Counted from the first letter of the stretch, positions 40,472-55,239 are shown. The stretch: DNA of 64,000 nucleotides from Octopus vulgaris (GCA_951406725.2 OX597817.1:140616001-140680000); one strand, 5' to 3'. Numbers and translations: made by a program. The notes: generated by a model from the letters alone, not told the origin.

Positions 40472-42134
40472 TCTCTCTCACTCTCTCTCTCTCGCACACA
40501 TGCACACACACATACATACATACAAACAAGATGTATGAATATGTATTTATGTACGTGCATATGAAAGATAATGCGTGTGTGAGAGAGGGAGAGAGAAAGT
40601 GAGAGTAAGTGAGTGCCACTTACACATACATGCACAAAATACATACAGGACAACACACACTTTTACTCACTGACTCTCTCTATCTCTCTATCACTCTATC
40701 TCTCTCTCTCTCTCTCTCTCACGCACACACACACGTCCATTTCATATTCATATACATACATCTTCCACTTTCTCCTCTCTTTCATTTTCTGCGCTCAATT
40801 CAAAGCAAATGTCACCTTTTCACTCTCTCCTCTCTTTCAGTTTCTGTTCTCTTCAAAGCATAAAGAAATAAAAGCTTTTCACGGAAATTAACGAACAATC
40901 ATATGATGCCATATGATCGACCATATGATCGAGTTCTTTCCAACGAAAGAATGCCATAAAATAACTTCCTTTGGCGCACGCACGCACACACACACACACA
41001 TATACGGTAAAACGTCTGTACGAATTATGTTATTTCTTGCTGTGTGCACGCGCAAATTTACAGTTCAAATCCAACTGACATTAACTTTTTCCTATTCTAT
41101 AATCTATGTTTGTGATGAGCGTATTTAAAAATCTGATCTTCGTTATAAACTTAAAAGGGAAGTTTTCCCAGAAATCCTCTCCTTTACTTGTTGTTTCTAG
41201 CATGTCCGAGGTGACATTTGCACCTCTCCTCCCTCATTTTTTTACTAAATTTCTTCAGATTCCTATGCCTTCGATACTGGAGATTAGGATCTGGCCCTCA
41301 AAACACGTTCTCAATATTTTAATTTTCTCCTTCCCCACCCCAATTTCTTCATTCTTTACTTTTTTCCAAATTTTTGCCTTGGTAATGCGCAGAGAAAAAG
41401 AAAAACAGAGTACGAATCTTAAAGAATTTTCTTTTTCCTTTGTTCTTAAAAAAGCAGTAAAATCTCCTTTCCAAACAGCCACCCATCACCTCATCACTTT
41501 CAGAATGTTACAAAATCTCAATGTTTCACTTTTAGCTTTTTGGAAAGCGGGTAGTTAATTCAGAAATAATGTTGTCTACCTGTTGTTTCTAGCATGTCAG
41601 GTTTTCTGGTTGTCTGGTATTTTTTACATCTGCTATTTCAGCAGAATTCTACGCATGCGTGAAACATCAGACGAAAGTGAAACATTGGGAGGTTTTAGCG
41701 TTTTGAAAGCGGATTGGTAATGGCTGGGCCAACTGGAGGAAGGGGCACTGAGTGCTTTAAAAAAAATTAAACTTAAAAATATATATATTTCCCACATTCG
41801 TAATCACTGTATTTTTCTACGTAGATTAAAAAAAACGAAAAAGTTACAAATTAAGAAATTGCGGTAGAGACGGGGGGAATTAAATTTTTGAAAACGTGAT
41901 TTCTGAGCAAAATCGTACGATGACCCAATACATAGTTTCTGATTCTGCACTTTCATGCAAACTCATGCAAATTGTACCCCTCCCCTTCACTTTTAAACAA
42001 ACAATAACATGGATTACGCCGGTAATCCAGTTCACTATATATCAGCTGTGCCGATCCTGGCCATAGGAAAGAAACAAATAATACAACGTGGCTGTAGGTC
42101 ATAACACCCGGGCAACGCCGGGATGTATTACTAG
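40139..42134 (+). mobile_element. Probable non-autonomous Helitron (5' boundary tentative)
   Basis: 3' hairpin CCCGGGCAACGCCGGG (42107-42122) and CTAG|T at 42131-42135; candidate 5' A|TCTATCTATATACATAAA at 40139. Confidence 0.5.
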
Positions 42135-42429
42135 TATAACATATAAACCCAAAATAGATGAAAATGCACAAAATGTTGGAAAAAAGTGCACTTGGGCATT
42201 GTATACAATAAGTTCATTATTGATATAATCGTCGAAAACAATTTGGTAGAATTGTAAGAGAGAAAATATGTGCAGTATTTCATTTACATAAATGCTTTTA
42301 CGTTGTGTTGAGGTCAACTTTACCTGTCATCCTTTCGGGGTCGAAAAACAAAAACTATCAGTCAAGCACTGGGATCAATTGACTAATATTGTGCCAGAAT
42401 TTGAAACCATTATCATCTTCTTTGCAGAA

Positions 42430-43400
42430 GATTGGTCTTATTCCTGGTAGAATTTAGACGTGTAACCGTAGATATCCTCATCATTTCAATAAGCCATCAG
42501 GAACCCAAAACCCTCCTCATGATGTTTCCTGTTCCTAAAAGTTAAATATTTAGATGCTCTACAGGAAACTCAACTCCAATCTCCGTTGTCCAGCTGCTGA
42601 AATATCATCATCACCCCCACCACCATCATCATCATCATCATCGTCATCGTCATCACCACCATTATCATCATCATCACCATTATTATTGATTTGACTGATG
42701 TTCGTTCTTACTTCTGGTAGAATCTATGTTGATAGCGAGTTACTGCTTGAAACCTTAGGTATCCACAAGATTTCTATAGTCTTTCAAGTGCTTAAGACCT
42801 TCTTGATAATCTTTCTTCTCCCTAAGAAACAAACTTTTTGTGGAAGCTCTACTTATTAGTATTAGTATTATAGACATCGCACAGTAAACAATATCGTGAG
42901 GTTGTTGATTGAAGGTTTGTACTGTTTGTCAAGTCTCAACAAGGACCTTAGACAAACAGTACTTTACGCAATATGCTTACAGTTCCAAGTAATGCCGACT
43001 TTTGCAATACATCTAGATTGTAGGGTATTTCTAAGGTTTTCAGATATTATTTTTTTTCAGATTGGGTGGTATTGAACCCAATGCTCCGATGATAATAGAT
43101 GACTTGACTTGACTTGAGACAGCATTCACCCGGGGTGGGTTGAGCTGGCTTCATTCATCCTCAATGCTGCATCTCTCACAAACGCCGACCAGGCCTGGCG
43201 ATTTAAGGCTAAGGACCGCGTGATCTCCAACCACTCCTTATTCCAGCAGCGAACACCGTAGATAGGGGGGCCATAGATAACCTTTATATTTGATTCATAT
43301 AATTGCCACATCTTGGTGATCTCAGTTCTCGGGTCTCCATATTTATCAACCTTTTTCTTTCATATATTGATATGTTGTTTATTTAGTATTAGTTTTGTAA
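42430..43400 (-). mobile_element. Train of three RLE-LINE 3' tips, the last interrupted by an RTE 3' end
   Basis: Minus-strand remnants LLGTGNIMRRVLGS*, QKVCFLG..IIKKVLST* and KVDKYGD..KMWQL..IIIGALGSIP..LQKSALLGTVSILRKVL. Confidence 0.65.
43100..43280 (-). mobile_element. RTE-clade LINE 3' end with (TCAAG)n tail
   Basis: YGVRCWNKEWL..LALNRQAWSAFV..PG* followed by TCAAGTCAAGTCAAGTC. Confidence 0.7.
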
Positions 43401-43511
43401 ATAACTATTGTGGTTATTAATATTGATTTTCATATCAATACATATTTTTTATATTTATATGCGTGTATCTTTGTGTTTCAGCAATCCGATGGCTGAAACG
43501 AGTAAGAGAGT

Positions 43512-43592
<81 letters not shown>

Positions 43593-44059
43593 CACAGGAG
43601 TTAGGGACTGGGGTACATAAGATCCGGGCCACATATGTTTCATAGCGAGCAGAACATCCGGAATGGTAGATATCCAAGGGAGGTGTATACCGAAGGCCAC
43701 TCGTCAGTATATGGGTATCTTTATATTTACTAATTTTCTTCCTACACCTCGATCCTTGGATCTGATATATATGGAACAGAAACGCAATAGAGGGCATTAA
43801 AACGTTCAGAGAGATAGACGATACAAAGGCGGACAAGAGAGACAACAATTAGAAGGACAGAAAAAAAAGACGGGGCATTCTTGGCTTTCTTTCATCAGTC
43901 AAGTCCCAGAAGTCACGACCATTTCAGCCAGTTACACATGAGATGATTCGATCAGATTGTCCCCCCCCCCCCGCTCAAGTCTAAGCTAAGAGCATTAGAC
44001 GCCTTTGTAAGAAAACTAGCGAATGTGTACGGTAGCAAAGACAAAAAAAATCGGAGAAC

Positions 44060-44385
<326 letters not shown>

Positions 44386-44865
44386 GTCATTGATGCGTCT
44401 CAGACAATATGCTCACATTGTTTCACAGTGTGTCTAAAAATCAATGTGGTTCTGTATTTAGTTCACAGCAATACGAGTCTAAAATATAGCAATATAATAT
44501 AAGGTTATAAAATACTATAACAGACAATAAGATGTCTTGTTGATTTAGCTGGACAGGAGAAAAAAAGAAACATATATACTATATATATATATATATATGT
44601 TTATGTGTACATATATTGTATTTGTGAACAATGAAAGTGTCCGAACACCCAATTTGTCAAGTTATCGATGGCAAAATAAACAAGACGTCGCTATGATGAG
44701 ATTTTAAACTGGAAAGCGCTCAACGTTGGACATTAACACTTAATCCAGTAACGATGCTCCAAGTCTATCGTTATTTCCTTATTAAATTTACTTCACTTTT
44801 TGTGTGATTCTGTTAGTGTATTTTATTTATTTCTCAACCATCTATTTACCAACCTCCCTATCAAC

Positions 44866-44927
<62 letters not shown>

Positions 44928-45292
44928 GTATATAAATGTGTGTGTGCGTGTGTGTGCGTGCGTGTGTATTATTTTTCAATTTCCTACTTTGCGATGTTGT
45001 TATATAACTAAACCTCGCTTCACCTTTCTAGGCATTCATCTCTAATTTCTCTACCGACCATTCAATAATTCCTTCTCGCCTATTTATCGATCTATCTATC
45101 AATCTATTAATCGATCTGTCAACCCATCTAAGAGTCTATCAATGTAACTGTCCTCCTCTATCTCTCTCTAGACATTTTATACTCCTACACATCTATTATT
45201 TGTCTATTATTTCGGTATCTTATCATTTTCTTATATTATTCTTTCACATTGCTGCTGTAAACTATATCGGTTCCCACTTATTAGAAACACTG

Positions 45293-45345
<53 letters not shown>

Positions 45346-45349
<4 letters not shown>

Positions 45350-45568
45350 AGAGTTTACGAAAAAAACAAAAGACAAAGAGAGGTGGTGTAGAAAACAAAG
45401 AGATGTATCAGTATAACGCTCAGGAATAGAAAAAGTCTTTTACGTTTCGAGCCTACGCTCTTCTACAGAAAGGGACACAGAAAAAACAAGGAGAGAAACA
45501 AGGAGAGAAAAAATGTGTTTAGTCGCTAAAGATCTATCATGGTGACTGCCAGACAGAAGGGTCAGGTA

Positions 45569-45570
<2 letters not shown>
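45346..45570 (-). mobile_element. pLTR-like repeat with minimal hammerhead-like motif (family copy 3), in (TA)n
   Basis: Homologous to 7798-7962 and 62215-62406. Confidence 0.75.
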
Positions 45571-45611
<41 letters not shown>

Positions 45612-46060
45612 CATAAATGAGAATCAAATATTCTTCGGATAAAATACACTTGATAGTGTTCAGGAAGTTTAAACTTGAGCAGATTGAGAAGTAAATGTAA
45701 GCATACCCAGGATTATTAAGCTATTACATTAGTAAACTCCCTCAGCCACTGAACCAGTCAACTTATTTCCCTCAACTAATGGGCATTCCCTTTCTCACTA
45801 TCTCAAACTAACGCAAAGGACTACCATTCACATCCTACCTAAACCCCTCTCTCCTCTTTCTCCTGCTTCCAACCTCTACTTCTATAACTTCCTACTAGCC
45901 TCCTTATTAACACCTAACCCTTGATATTTATTTTCGCCTCTCACTATTCTCTATCTGAATACCTCTCCCAATTACCCCTCCCCTCTAATACACTTACCTC
46001 TCCACAAAATCATTCCATCTTTGAACTTCTTTCTGTCAACACCTCAAATGTAAGATCTCT

Positions 46061-46150
46061 TCCCTGAAGACGGAGGCTCGTCTCATCCGATGATGGAATC
46101 AATCTACAGACATTATCTTGGACCATCGAGCCCCAGAAACAGCTGTTGGA
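46061..46150 (+). ncRNA. Type I hammerhead-ribozyme-like motif
   Basis: TCC-CTGAAGA-CGGAGGCTCG..(long loop)..CGAGCCCCA-GAAAC-AGCT-GTT-GGA. Confidence 0.6.
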
Positions 46151-46325
46151 TTTGTAATGTTTTTCTTCAACCCCTTCAATTCTTGATATCCGTTTCTATT
46201 CTGTGTAAATCAGATCTTTTTCTATGAGAACATACATACATCTTTTTGCTTGTTTTTCATGTATTTAATATAATGTGTATATTGAACTGCCTTATTTGTG
46301 TATCCTTACATTTACTTTTCTCTTT

Positions 46326-46461
<136 letters not shown>

Positions 46462-46622
46462 AAAGCATTATGTGATTAAATGTTCGAGATATGAAATGTT
46501 ACGTGAATGACCTTGTATTTGTTTGTTCTGCAACCATAGTTTAATATATTTGTCTCATTTAATTGAGCACTTCTACAGCAGTCCTATTAAACATTTTATT
46601 CCTGATAAGAAACAATCACTTC

Positions 46623-46759
<137 letters not shown>

Positions 46760-46806
46760 ATATATATATATGTATGTATATGTATATATATATGTATATA
46801 TGTATA

Positions 46807-46876
<70 letters not shown>

Positions 46877-47019
46877 AAGGTGCGATGCATAAACTGTCGT
46901 CTAATTTACGTAAAAATTAAAATAACACTTAACAGACTCATCAGTTCGATTTCCACCCATTTACTTGTTCATTTTTTCTAAAATGTCACACCCCATTTTA
47001 ACACATATATTGACCATGT

Positions 47020-47500
47020 CCTTAGATTGCACTGTCCTCAGATTGACACCCAAACACTCTGAAATGTTCGTATTGGAACTTCCGGCGCGAATACCGAGCA
47101 GTATAGCGTGTTGTTTCCTGATGTATGGCCGAGTGAATTGCATCATGGTGTTATATTTTTCTCACAGACGGTGCCCAACTGACCCTACTATACTGTGTAG
47201 TCAACAAAATCAAAAACAAACCATGCACATGTGTGAAATAGCCGTGTTGAGTCGTTCCATCTGTTGAACATAGAGTTCCGCGTTGACCATTTGGTCCCGT
47301 TCAAGCAATTCGTAAGGAATAATCCCTTCCAAGTCACACCATACGCACAGCATCGTTTTACGCGGATGAAGATCATGTTTCACGCGCAGTGTCGCTTGTT
47401 CACCGGGGCTAAGCCGTTCCTTATGCTGCTTCATATTGATGTACAGGCACCACCTTTCGTCGCCAGTAACGATTCAGTAAAGAAATCGTTGCTTGTGTCC
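47020..47500 (-). mobile_element. Mariner/Tc1 transposase fragments
   Basis: WCLYINMKQ..LHPRKTMLCVWCDLEGIIPYELLE..VNAELYVQQMERL (mariner catalytic region), plus an HTH-like remnant ISECLGVNLRTVQ. Confidence 0.85.
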
Positions 47501-47622
47501 ATGTGTGTGAGCGTGTATGTGAGTCCATCATTCTCATATACACATACTCACGGACGTATGCACACGCGCATATGTGCACACATATATATATCTCCAAATA
47601 CAGTATATATGTATATTGATTA

Positions 47623-47657
<35 letters not shown>

Positions 47658-47849
47658 CTTATGTGTGTATGTATTCGCAACATCTCGTACTCGAACTCAC
47701 ATGCGCAGATACGTACAACACCTGTACCTGTCCACCTAGACACGTATATGTATAAGAGTGTATACATACATATGTGTGTATAGAGAAAGAGAATACATTA
47801 TTTACAGGAACATGGGGTCGAAGTAATGAGATACATGTGTGTACCCACG

Positions 47850-47882
<33 letters not shown>

Positions 47883-49411
47883 GCATTAAGAATCATTTGA
47901 TTAATTTATTTAACAAGACATCAAGATGATTACATCTGTTGTCAACGAGACATCAATAATAATAATAATAATTGCCGATTATTGTTCTTGTTCTAGAAGT
48001 TGTGGGAGCGGTGCGGGGTAGGGTGTTGAGAGAAGTGGTTGGCATCGATTCTATTCGAAAACCTAAAATGGTGATAAATATTTGATTTCGTCGCCGCTTA
48101 TCACTATTAAAATCACAAACAAGCCTACGACATATGTCGCCTATGAGGGACAGACAGTTGAAGGGTGAGGGAGTATATAAGAAAGAAAGAGACGGCGGTG
48201 GGAGTACGGTGTACTTACAGTGTACTCACATATTCGTTCAATAAACAGCCTTTGTTGTCTGTTCTAGATACTCTGAGTATTAATCCCTGGAAAATATCTG
48301 TCCCTGGTACAAACTAGACAAGGGTTTGTTTAACCCATTGTCTGTCCATAGCATTTTCACAATTTTATCCCAAACGTTCATGCGTGTTTTCAGTCTTTTA
48401 GTTTTCCCTTTTTCTCATGTATTCTAAATATTAAAAAAATGTCCTTCCATAAGAGCCAAGTTATTCTGGTGACTGAAAGAAAAATGGGAATGTATACCAT
48501 ATACGATGCACAAAACAAACAAAGGGTTAATAGAATATTTAACAGTTACCCAAGCATGGAAGAGTCCTCTCTCCCCAGCTCTGGTGTTGTCCAAAATAAA
48601 TTACCATTCCAGGGATTGTTAGGGCATAAAATAGGGATGCTATGCTCTGTATGACCCAACCCATTTTTTTTTCTAACGGCCACCCTTGTAAGAACACTAG
48701 TCCCGAGCTGTATAGTCATTGCACTGAAGAAATTCGGTTTCTTTCATTTGTATTATTTCGTCCCTCCGAAATCTGAGTTCACCTGCTACTGACAGCGACT
48801 TTGTTACATTTTATACGGGGTCGATAAAATTCATAACAGAAATACATTAATGTCTGTTCTTTCTCACACATCCACCTTTGCAAGTTCCAAGCCTGAGCCT
48901 ATTTGAGAAATCTTTCTTCCAGTTGTGAGTAACGAGACTATTTTGTCTGGTTGCCGCTAAACCTTCTCTTACAAGTCACTATCCAATACTTAAACCGGTT
49001 ATGCTTTACCATCTCCTGGACTCCAGTTGGAAATTCTCTGTTGAGGCTTTCATTCATAATTTCGGTTGAATTAATACAGAGTCCAGCTATCTGATAACCA
49101 AACTTACACTCACTCAAATCAAGGATAATCGATTCTCCAGTTAGAAATGATAGCCAAATCTGACCACAAATCATACTATAGCGCTACCGTCTTAAAAAGA
49201 AAACGGATGGATACGTGTGACGATGAGGTTTTACAAACATTAGGTCTGCAAAAAGATTATACTTCAGCCCAGCGGAAATTGGATTTGGGCTCAATAAATA
49301 ATCAATGTCTCCATAAACAATGGAATGGGAGACCGGTAAGATACATTTTTAGAGAGACAACTATTAGTTATTCGTTCAAGAGATTCAACATCGATCGAAT
49401 CCAGATCACTG

Positions 49412-49470
<59 letters not shown>

Positions 49471-50625
49471 CACACACTCGCATTTCTCGGTTATATTGGA
49501 TTCGTAAAGAATCGAGGTACATCAACGAGCAGTACGTAACCTGTTGCCGAGGCAGAATCACGTGGAGGTGACAATGAAATAATCCATTTCCCGTGTAGAA
49601 AGCAACGTGTAGAAAGACCAGACATTGCTGTTGAGTAATTCTCAATTCTAACTGTTAGCAAGTAATTCGTCGGAGGGTAGAAGCTTTGGTGTGAAGCGCA
49701 ATATTAGTTTCTAATTTTGGCCCAAGGCCAGCTGTTTTGGAGAAGGGGCTGAGTCAGTTACATCGACCGCGGTACTAAACTAGTTCTTATGGCAAATTCG
49801 ACCTCAGCGGAATTTGAACCGGCATGCTAAAGATTCTGCCAGCTCGCCGCCTTTTGTGTTGCGCGAAATGTTTATAAGCGAACAAAAGAATGGATTTCAA
49901 ATCTTGCGACAATTGCTTCACTAAGAATCTTTGATTAATGTCAGCATAATACAATATCTTGCATTCCATCATACATTTTGCAACGCTCACGCTCATCAGG
50001 CAATATTTAAAGCAGAGTTGGACAAAGACTTTTGAGTAATTAATTGACTCCCAAGCAAGTTACTTGCCTGGGTTTCGATTGGCATCGCCTGACGACCACG
50101 AAAATACCATAATCTTTAAACGTAATCCAAAATATTGTACTCTGCTTACATTAAAGATTCTGAGCGAAACAATTGTAGGAAAACTTTAAATCCACTTGTT
50201 TGCTCGTATCTATATGAGAGAATAAGATGGAGTAAATTACGGAATGAAAGTATGAGGGAAAGAGAGAATAGAGATCGGTATATCTGCTGGGTCTTGAACG
50301 TTTAACAGGGATTCATGGCGTTCTGGGTTTCATGGGAACGATTCGACCTTCGATCATTGTTACATTTAGTTCGAACCGTTTTGTAATAAACCCCCTCCAC
50401 CAATCCTTTTAGTCCACCAACACTAATGAATCTGATTCGTCATAACGACATCAGAAATAATTATTGAATTCTATATCAAATAACAAGATCTTATCTACTG
50501 AATGAAACAGTAAAAACAAATATTATACATACCTGCGTGTGATATCGAACTTAAATTTGATGAGAATTTTCTCTTATCTGATCGCTTTGTGGTAAACAGA
50601 AAATAGAGAGATAACAGTCTAGACA

Positions 50626-50806
50626 TTTCTTCTTCCTCTTTTCTTCTTCTTCTTCTTCTTCTTCTTCTTCTTCCTCTTTTCTTCTTCTTCTTCTTCTTCC
50701 TCTTTTCTTCTTCTTATTCCTCTTTTCTTCTTCTTCTTCCTCTTTTCTTCTTCTTCTTCCTCTTTTCTTCTTCTTCCTCTTTTTCTTCTTCTTCTTCTTC
50801 TTCTTC
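50626..50806. repeat. (TTC)n array with periodic CTCTTT interruptions
   Basis: Direct inspection. Confidence 0.95.
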
Positions 50807-51049
50807 AATTAATTATTGAATTAACTATTAGTGGAAATATCACTTCATGTTTGCTGTATCACTTCATATGGATTATATATTCTCCTGGCCGCTGTCACTC
50901 TACATTATAAATTAATCTATGGTCACTGGTTGCATTACAACCTTCTAATGACACTAGTACCCGCACACACACATACACACGCACACACGCGCACGCACAC
51001 ACGCGCACGCACACACAGAGATGTTTAGAATACAAACAAGGAAAATAGA

Positions 51050-51630
51050 ACTCAAAATACAGGGTGTGTGTGAAGCCTTTGCTTTGACCATCAGCATAAA
51101 GAAGACGGAAGTAATCCACCAACCTTTGCCCTACTCCAAAACAAATTCGTGGTGTCAAGCAGAGGCCACGGGTTCACAATTTTCCTGACACTCCTATACA
51201 GGTTAATGAGAAAAACCTAAATTATGTGGGAATGAAAGGGGCTTCAAACTTGACGCCAAAGTACAGGTCTATAAAGTAGCCATTCTTACTATTCTCTTGT
51301 ATGGCTCAGAATCGTGGATACACTATTGACGACACATCGGTCAATTAGACATCGCCCGAAAAGGCTGTCACTAAAAGACAGAGTTTCCAATGCCGACCTG
51401 TTTAGCAAGTGTAAGATTGGTGGAATCGAGAGCTTCCTTATACAGTCACAATTGCGCTAGGCTGGCCATGTCGGCAGAATGAGTGACGAAAGAAAACCCA
51501 AAGTCCTCATGTACAGCCAGCTTGATAGCGGGCAGGGATGTTGGTCGACCATAGTTCAGATATATGGACAGGCTGAAGAGTAACCTCTTAGCAGAGAAAA
51601 TAGCTCACAATACCTTTGAGTGAACATAAT
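51050..51630 (+). mobile_element. Decayed RTE (BovB-like) LINE 3' region
   Basis: EAFALTISIKKTEVIHQP, KVQVYKVAILTILLYGSESW and AGHVGRMSDERKPKVLMYSQL. Confidence 0.8.
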
Positions 51631-52814
51631 GGAAGGCTAGTAATTTCTGTAACATCGACCCCAGTGTCCAACTGGTACTTATTTTAACGACCCTGAAAAG
51701 CTGAAAGGTAAAGCTGACCTCTGAATAGAATTTGATCTCAGAACGTAAAGACGGACGAAATGCCACAAAACATGTTGTCCGACGGGCTAATGATTCAGGC
51801 AGTTCGCTACCTACTCTTATATGTTATATATTATATATAGATCACACGAGAAGTTTTACATGAGGCCAAGTGCTTTGGTTTTACTCCGTAAGTATTTGTT
51901 AATAGACAGCAGTTCAGTAATGATCGTCTCAGTACAAGGAAATACTTCAGCCCCAGTTTCTAATCCTTTCCAAGGTTCACATCGGACTCATATTACAGTA
52001 ATATTCCCTCATCTGGGACAGCGTTACAGCTAGACACACAGACATTACAGATCATATTCCATGAAAATCCACCCAACTGATTAACGAAGTAATCAGTAAT
52101 TAAAGTAATTCCCCAACATACCCCAACCCCTATGCCTCAGATTTGCTATCTCCTTTCTCTGATTCTTCTACCAGGACTACATTGTTCTCTGTTCCTCGGG
52201 GGTGGCTTATCATGAGTCATCTTCACCCAGATACTCCCTATTCATTCGTACTTCATCCTTTCTTTACTTGTATTGTACTCACCTTTCGTGGATCCACTCC
52301 AGGCCCAGCATTAATTCCTGCCATCCTTCTCCACAATTTTCTCCCTACACATGTATCCCTACAACCGTCGACTTCAGTGGGGGGGGGATGCTCGTTCCTC
52401 CAGATCTCTCAAAGCCTGCAAAGACTAAGAACACAGACCCCATACTTCCCCCAGACCCCAGAGTGGTATGGCCAAGGGCACAAATCCCTCCAAATCTTGG
52501 GGAATCTGCTAAGGCCAAGAATGCAGACTTCTCCATCCTCCCGGTCTCATTGATCCTGCAAAGGCTAAAGGTACCGCCTCACCGTCCACTGAACAATTGA
52601 AAAGAAAAATAGGAAATTGTTCTATTTTTACTAAGGCAGTGATTCTGGATTCTTGTAATAGAAACAGGAAAAAATACATGCTTCTGAATATTGTAATTTC
52701 CATCTCTAGGATATCCTCGTTAAGCGGATAAATGCATGGTTTTAGAGTGTATGATGACATGTAGGTGATAGTGGGAACTCATTAATAACGCGCAGGTAAG
52801 AGTGGGACTGCAGT

Positions 52815-52980
52815 CAAGGCCGGCTCGAGGTACCGACAACTCGGGCAGTTGCCTGGGGTGCCATGTGCTAGGGGGCACCAAGAAGGGCGTGACAAAGACA
52901 AGGAAATTTCCATGACTGTTAGTTTGTGCACGCCGAAGTTCAGCTTGTCCGAGACGTCTACAAACGTAGAGCCGGCCCTG
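52815..52980. mobile_element. hAT-type MITE (166 bp) with 8-bp TSD
   Basis: TIR CAAGGCCGGCTC / GAGCCGGCCCTG; perfect TSD ACTGCAGT at 52807-52814 and 52981-52988. Confidence 0.88.
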
Positions 52981-53369
52981 ACTGCAGTTTGTATAGATCT
53001 GATGCATTGAGCGAAATCAAAGTTTTCAGCAGGAAATATTTCAGAGTTTATTAATGATGAGGTAGATGAAGGTATTATCATAGCCCGAAGTAGGGGGTTA
53101 GGTGATACATAAATACCTGGACTGGATTGTAAGTGGGAAGGAATCTGTTGCCGGAGACTCACCTGTACTAAATAAGATACTGAATTTGGTATGAAATTAT
53201 ATTAAATTATTGTTTTGGAACTTTAATACTGAAACTTGTTTGTTGCTTCACTATGGGGTTTGGAGAGTTCATGGTCTTTGTCTTGCTTCAATGCAAGATC
53301 CCTTTTTCATACATACTGCTCGAGATGCTGCCCCAATTAACATATCACTCTATACATCATTATTGATGT

Positions 53370-53663
53370 GTCAGTGATATTGAGACTCCGTCGGTTACGG
53401 CGACCAGTGTTCCAGTTGATCCGATCAACAAAATAACCTGCTCGAGAAACCAGGTGGCTGAGTACTCCACAGACGCACGAGTAACTTTAACGTAGTTCTC
53501 TGAAAGGTTAGCGCCTTTGAAATTACAGGTACAACTCATTTTTGCCAGCCGAGTGGACTGGTGTAACGTGGAATAAAGTGACTTGCTCAAGGACACAACG
53601 CGTTGTTGGGAATAGAGCTGACGACCTTACGATCGCCAATTGAATGCCCTAACCACCAAGCCA
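53370..53663 (-). mobile_element. SINE family D
   Basis: Minus strand GTGGCTTGGTGGTTAGGGC head, then GTGTCCTTGAGCAAG..CCAGTCCACTCGGCTG. Confidence 0.7.
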
Positions 53664-53686
53664 CATACATACATACATACATACAT

Positions 53687-53717
<31 letters not shown>

Positions 53718-53745
53718 TATATAGCATGTCAGCTTTTGTTGTCAT

Positions 53746-54341
53746 GTGGCGAGCTGGCAGAAACGTTAACACGCCGGGCGAAATGCTTAGCGGTATTTCG
53801 TCTGCCGCTACGTTCTCAGTTCAAATTCCGCCGAGGTCGACTTTGCCTTTCATCCTTTCGGGGTCGATAAATTAAGTACCAGTTACGCACTGGGGTCGAT
53901 GTAATCGACTTAATACCTATGTCTGTCCTTGTTTGTCCCCTCTATGTTTAGCCCCTTGTGGGTAATAAAGAAATAGGTATTTCGTCTGCCGCTACGTTCT
54001 TAGTTCAAATTCCGCCGAGGTCGACTTTGCCTTTCATCCTTTCGGGATCGATAAATTAAGTACCAGTTATGCACTGGGGTCGATATAATCGACTTAATCC
54101 GTTTGTCTGTCCTTGTTTGTCCCCTTTGTGTTTAGCCCCTTGTGGGTAGTAAAGAAATAGGTATTTCGTCTGCCGCTACGTTCTTAGTTCAAATTCCGCC
54201 GAGGTCGACTTTGCCTTTCATCCTTTCGGAGTCGATTAAATAAGTACCAGTTACGCACTGGGGTCGATGTACTCGACTTAATCTGTCTGTCTGTCCTTGT
54301 TTGTCCCCTCTATGTTTAGCCTCTTGTGGGCAGTAAAGAAA
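53746..54341 (+). mobile_element. SINE family A head-to-tail trimer, 184-bp period
   Basis: GGTATTTCGTCTGCC starts at 53792, 53976 and 54160; only the first unit has the 5' half of the tRNA head. Confidence 0.95.
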
Positions 54342-54864
54342 TGAGCTTTTGTTGTCATGAATAGGCTGTTTATAGGAGCGGGATTTGATCTCAGAATGCA
54401 GCAATTTGGCTTAGATACGTCAATACATGCTACCTGACTGTCTGATGATTCTGTTGGTCGCCTTAAAGGAGTCTGTAAGAAAAGTTGTGGAAAATATTGA
54501 TATTCTATTCGGATTTCTCGTTTCTCAAGATAGCTGTTGTGACAATAGTGGTTTGTATTTGTTAGCGAGATAATGTTATGAGATAATGATCGATAATGAT
54601 AAATATATCAATAATGTTAGATAAAGAATGTTAAATAATGTTAGAGATAATGTTAGATATGTCAATAATGTTGTGTAGGTAAATATTCTTAGATAGTGTT
54701 AGCTTGATAATGTTCGATATGTCAATAATGTTACGTACATGGATAGTCTTAGTTTGATAATGTTATTATATTGATGGCGATAGATATAAAGACAATTGTA
54801 AGATGTAAATAATGTAAGATATGTAGATAAATAAGGATAGATTATCAATAATTTTAGATAGCTC

Positions 54865-55067
54865 AAATTTTGGCATTGGGCCATCCGTTTTTGAGGGGAG
54901 GGGAAATGACATCGACCACCGTACATGACTGATACTTATTTTGTCGACCTCGAAATGATGGAAGGCAGAGTCGAACTCGATTAAATTTGAAATCAGAACG
55001 TAAAGACGGGAGAAATACCGTTAAACATCTATCCCGGCTTACTAACGGTTCGGCGACATCACCGCCT
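54865..55067 (-). mobile_element. SINE family A, tail type B, diverged
   Basis: Core homology on the minus strand. Confidence 0.75.
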
Positions 55068-55098
55068 TTAGATAAATAATGACAGACAGACAGATAAG

Positions 55099-55239
<141 letters not shown>

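Noticed and set aside
48001-48290. Possible solo LTR (TG start, TATATAA, AATAAA)
   Set aside because: No clear CA end, TSD or second copy in the window.
52710-52794. Apparent exon between ctctag| and |gtaaga
   Set aside because: Stop codons in all three frames.
53793-53976. Reading the 184-bp SINE unit as a GT..AG spliceosomal intron
   Set aside because: Monomer tails end at AAAGAAAT(A) without G, so the junction G comes from the head; the first AG after the pyrimidine tract is further upstream.
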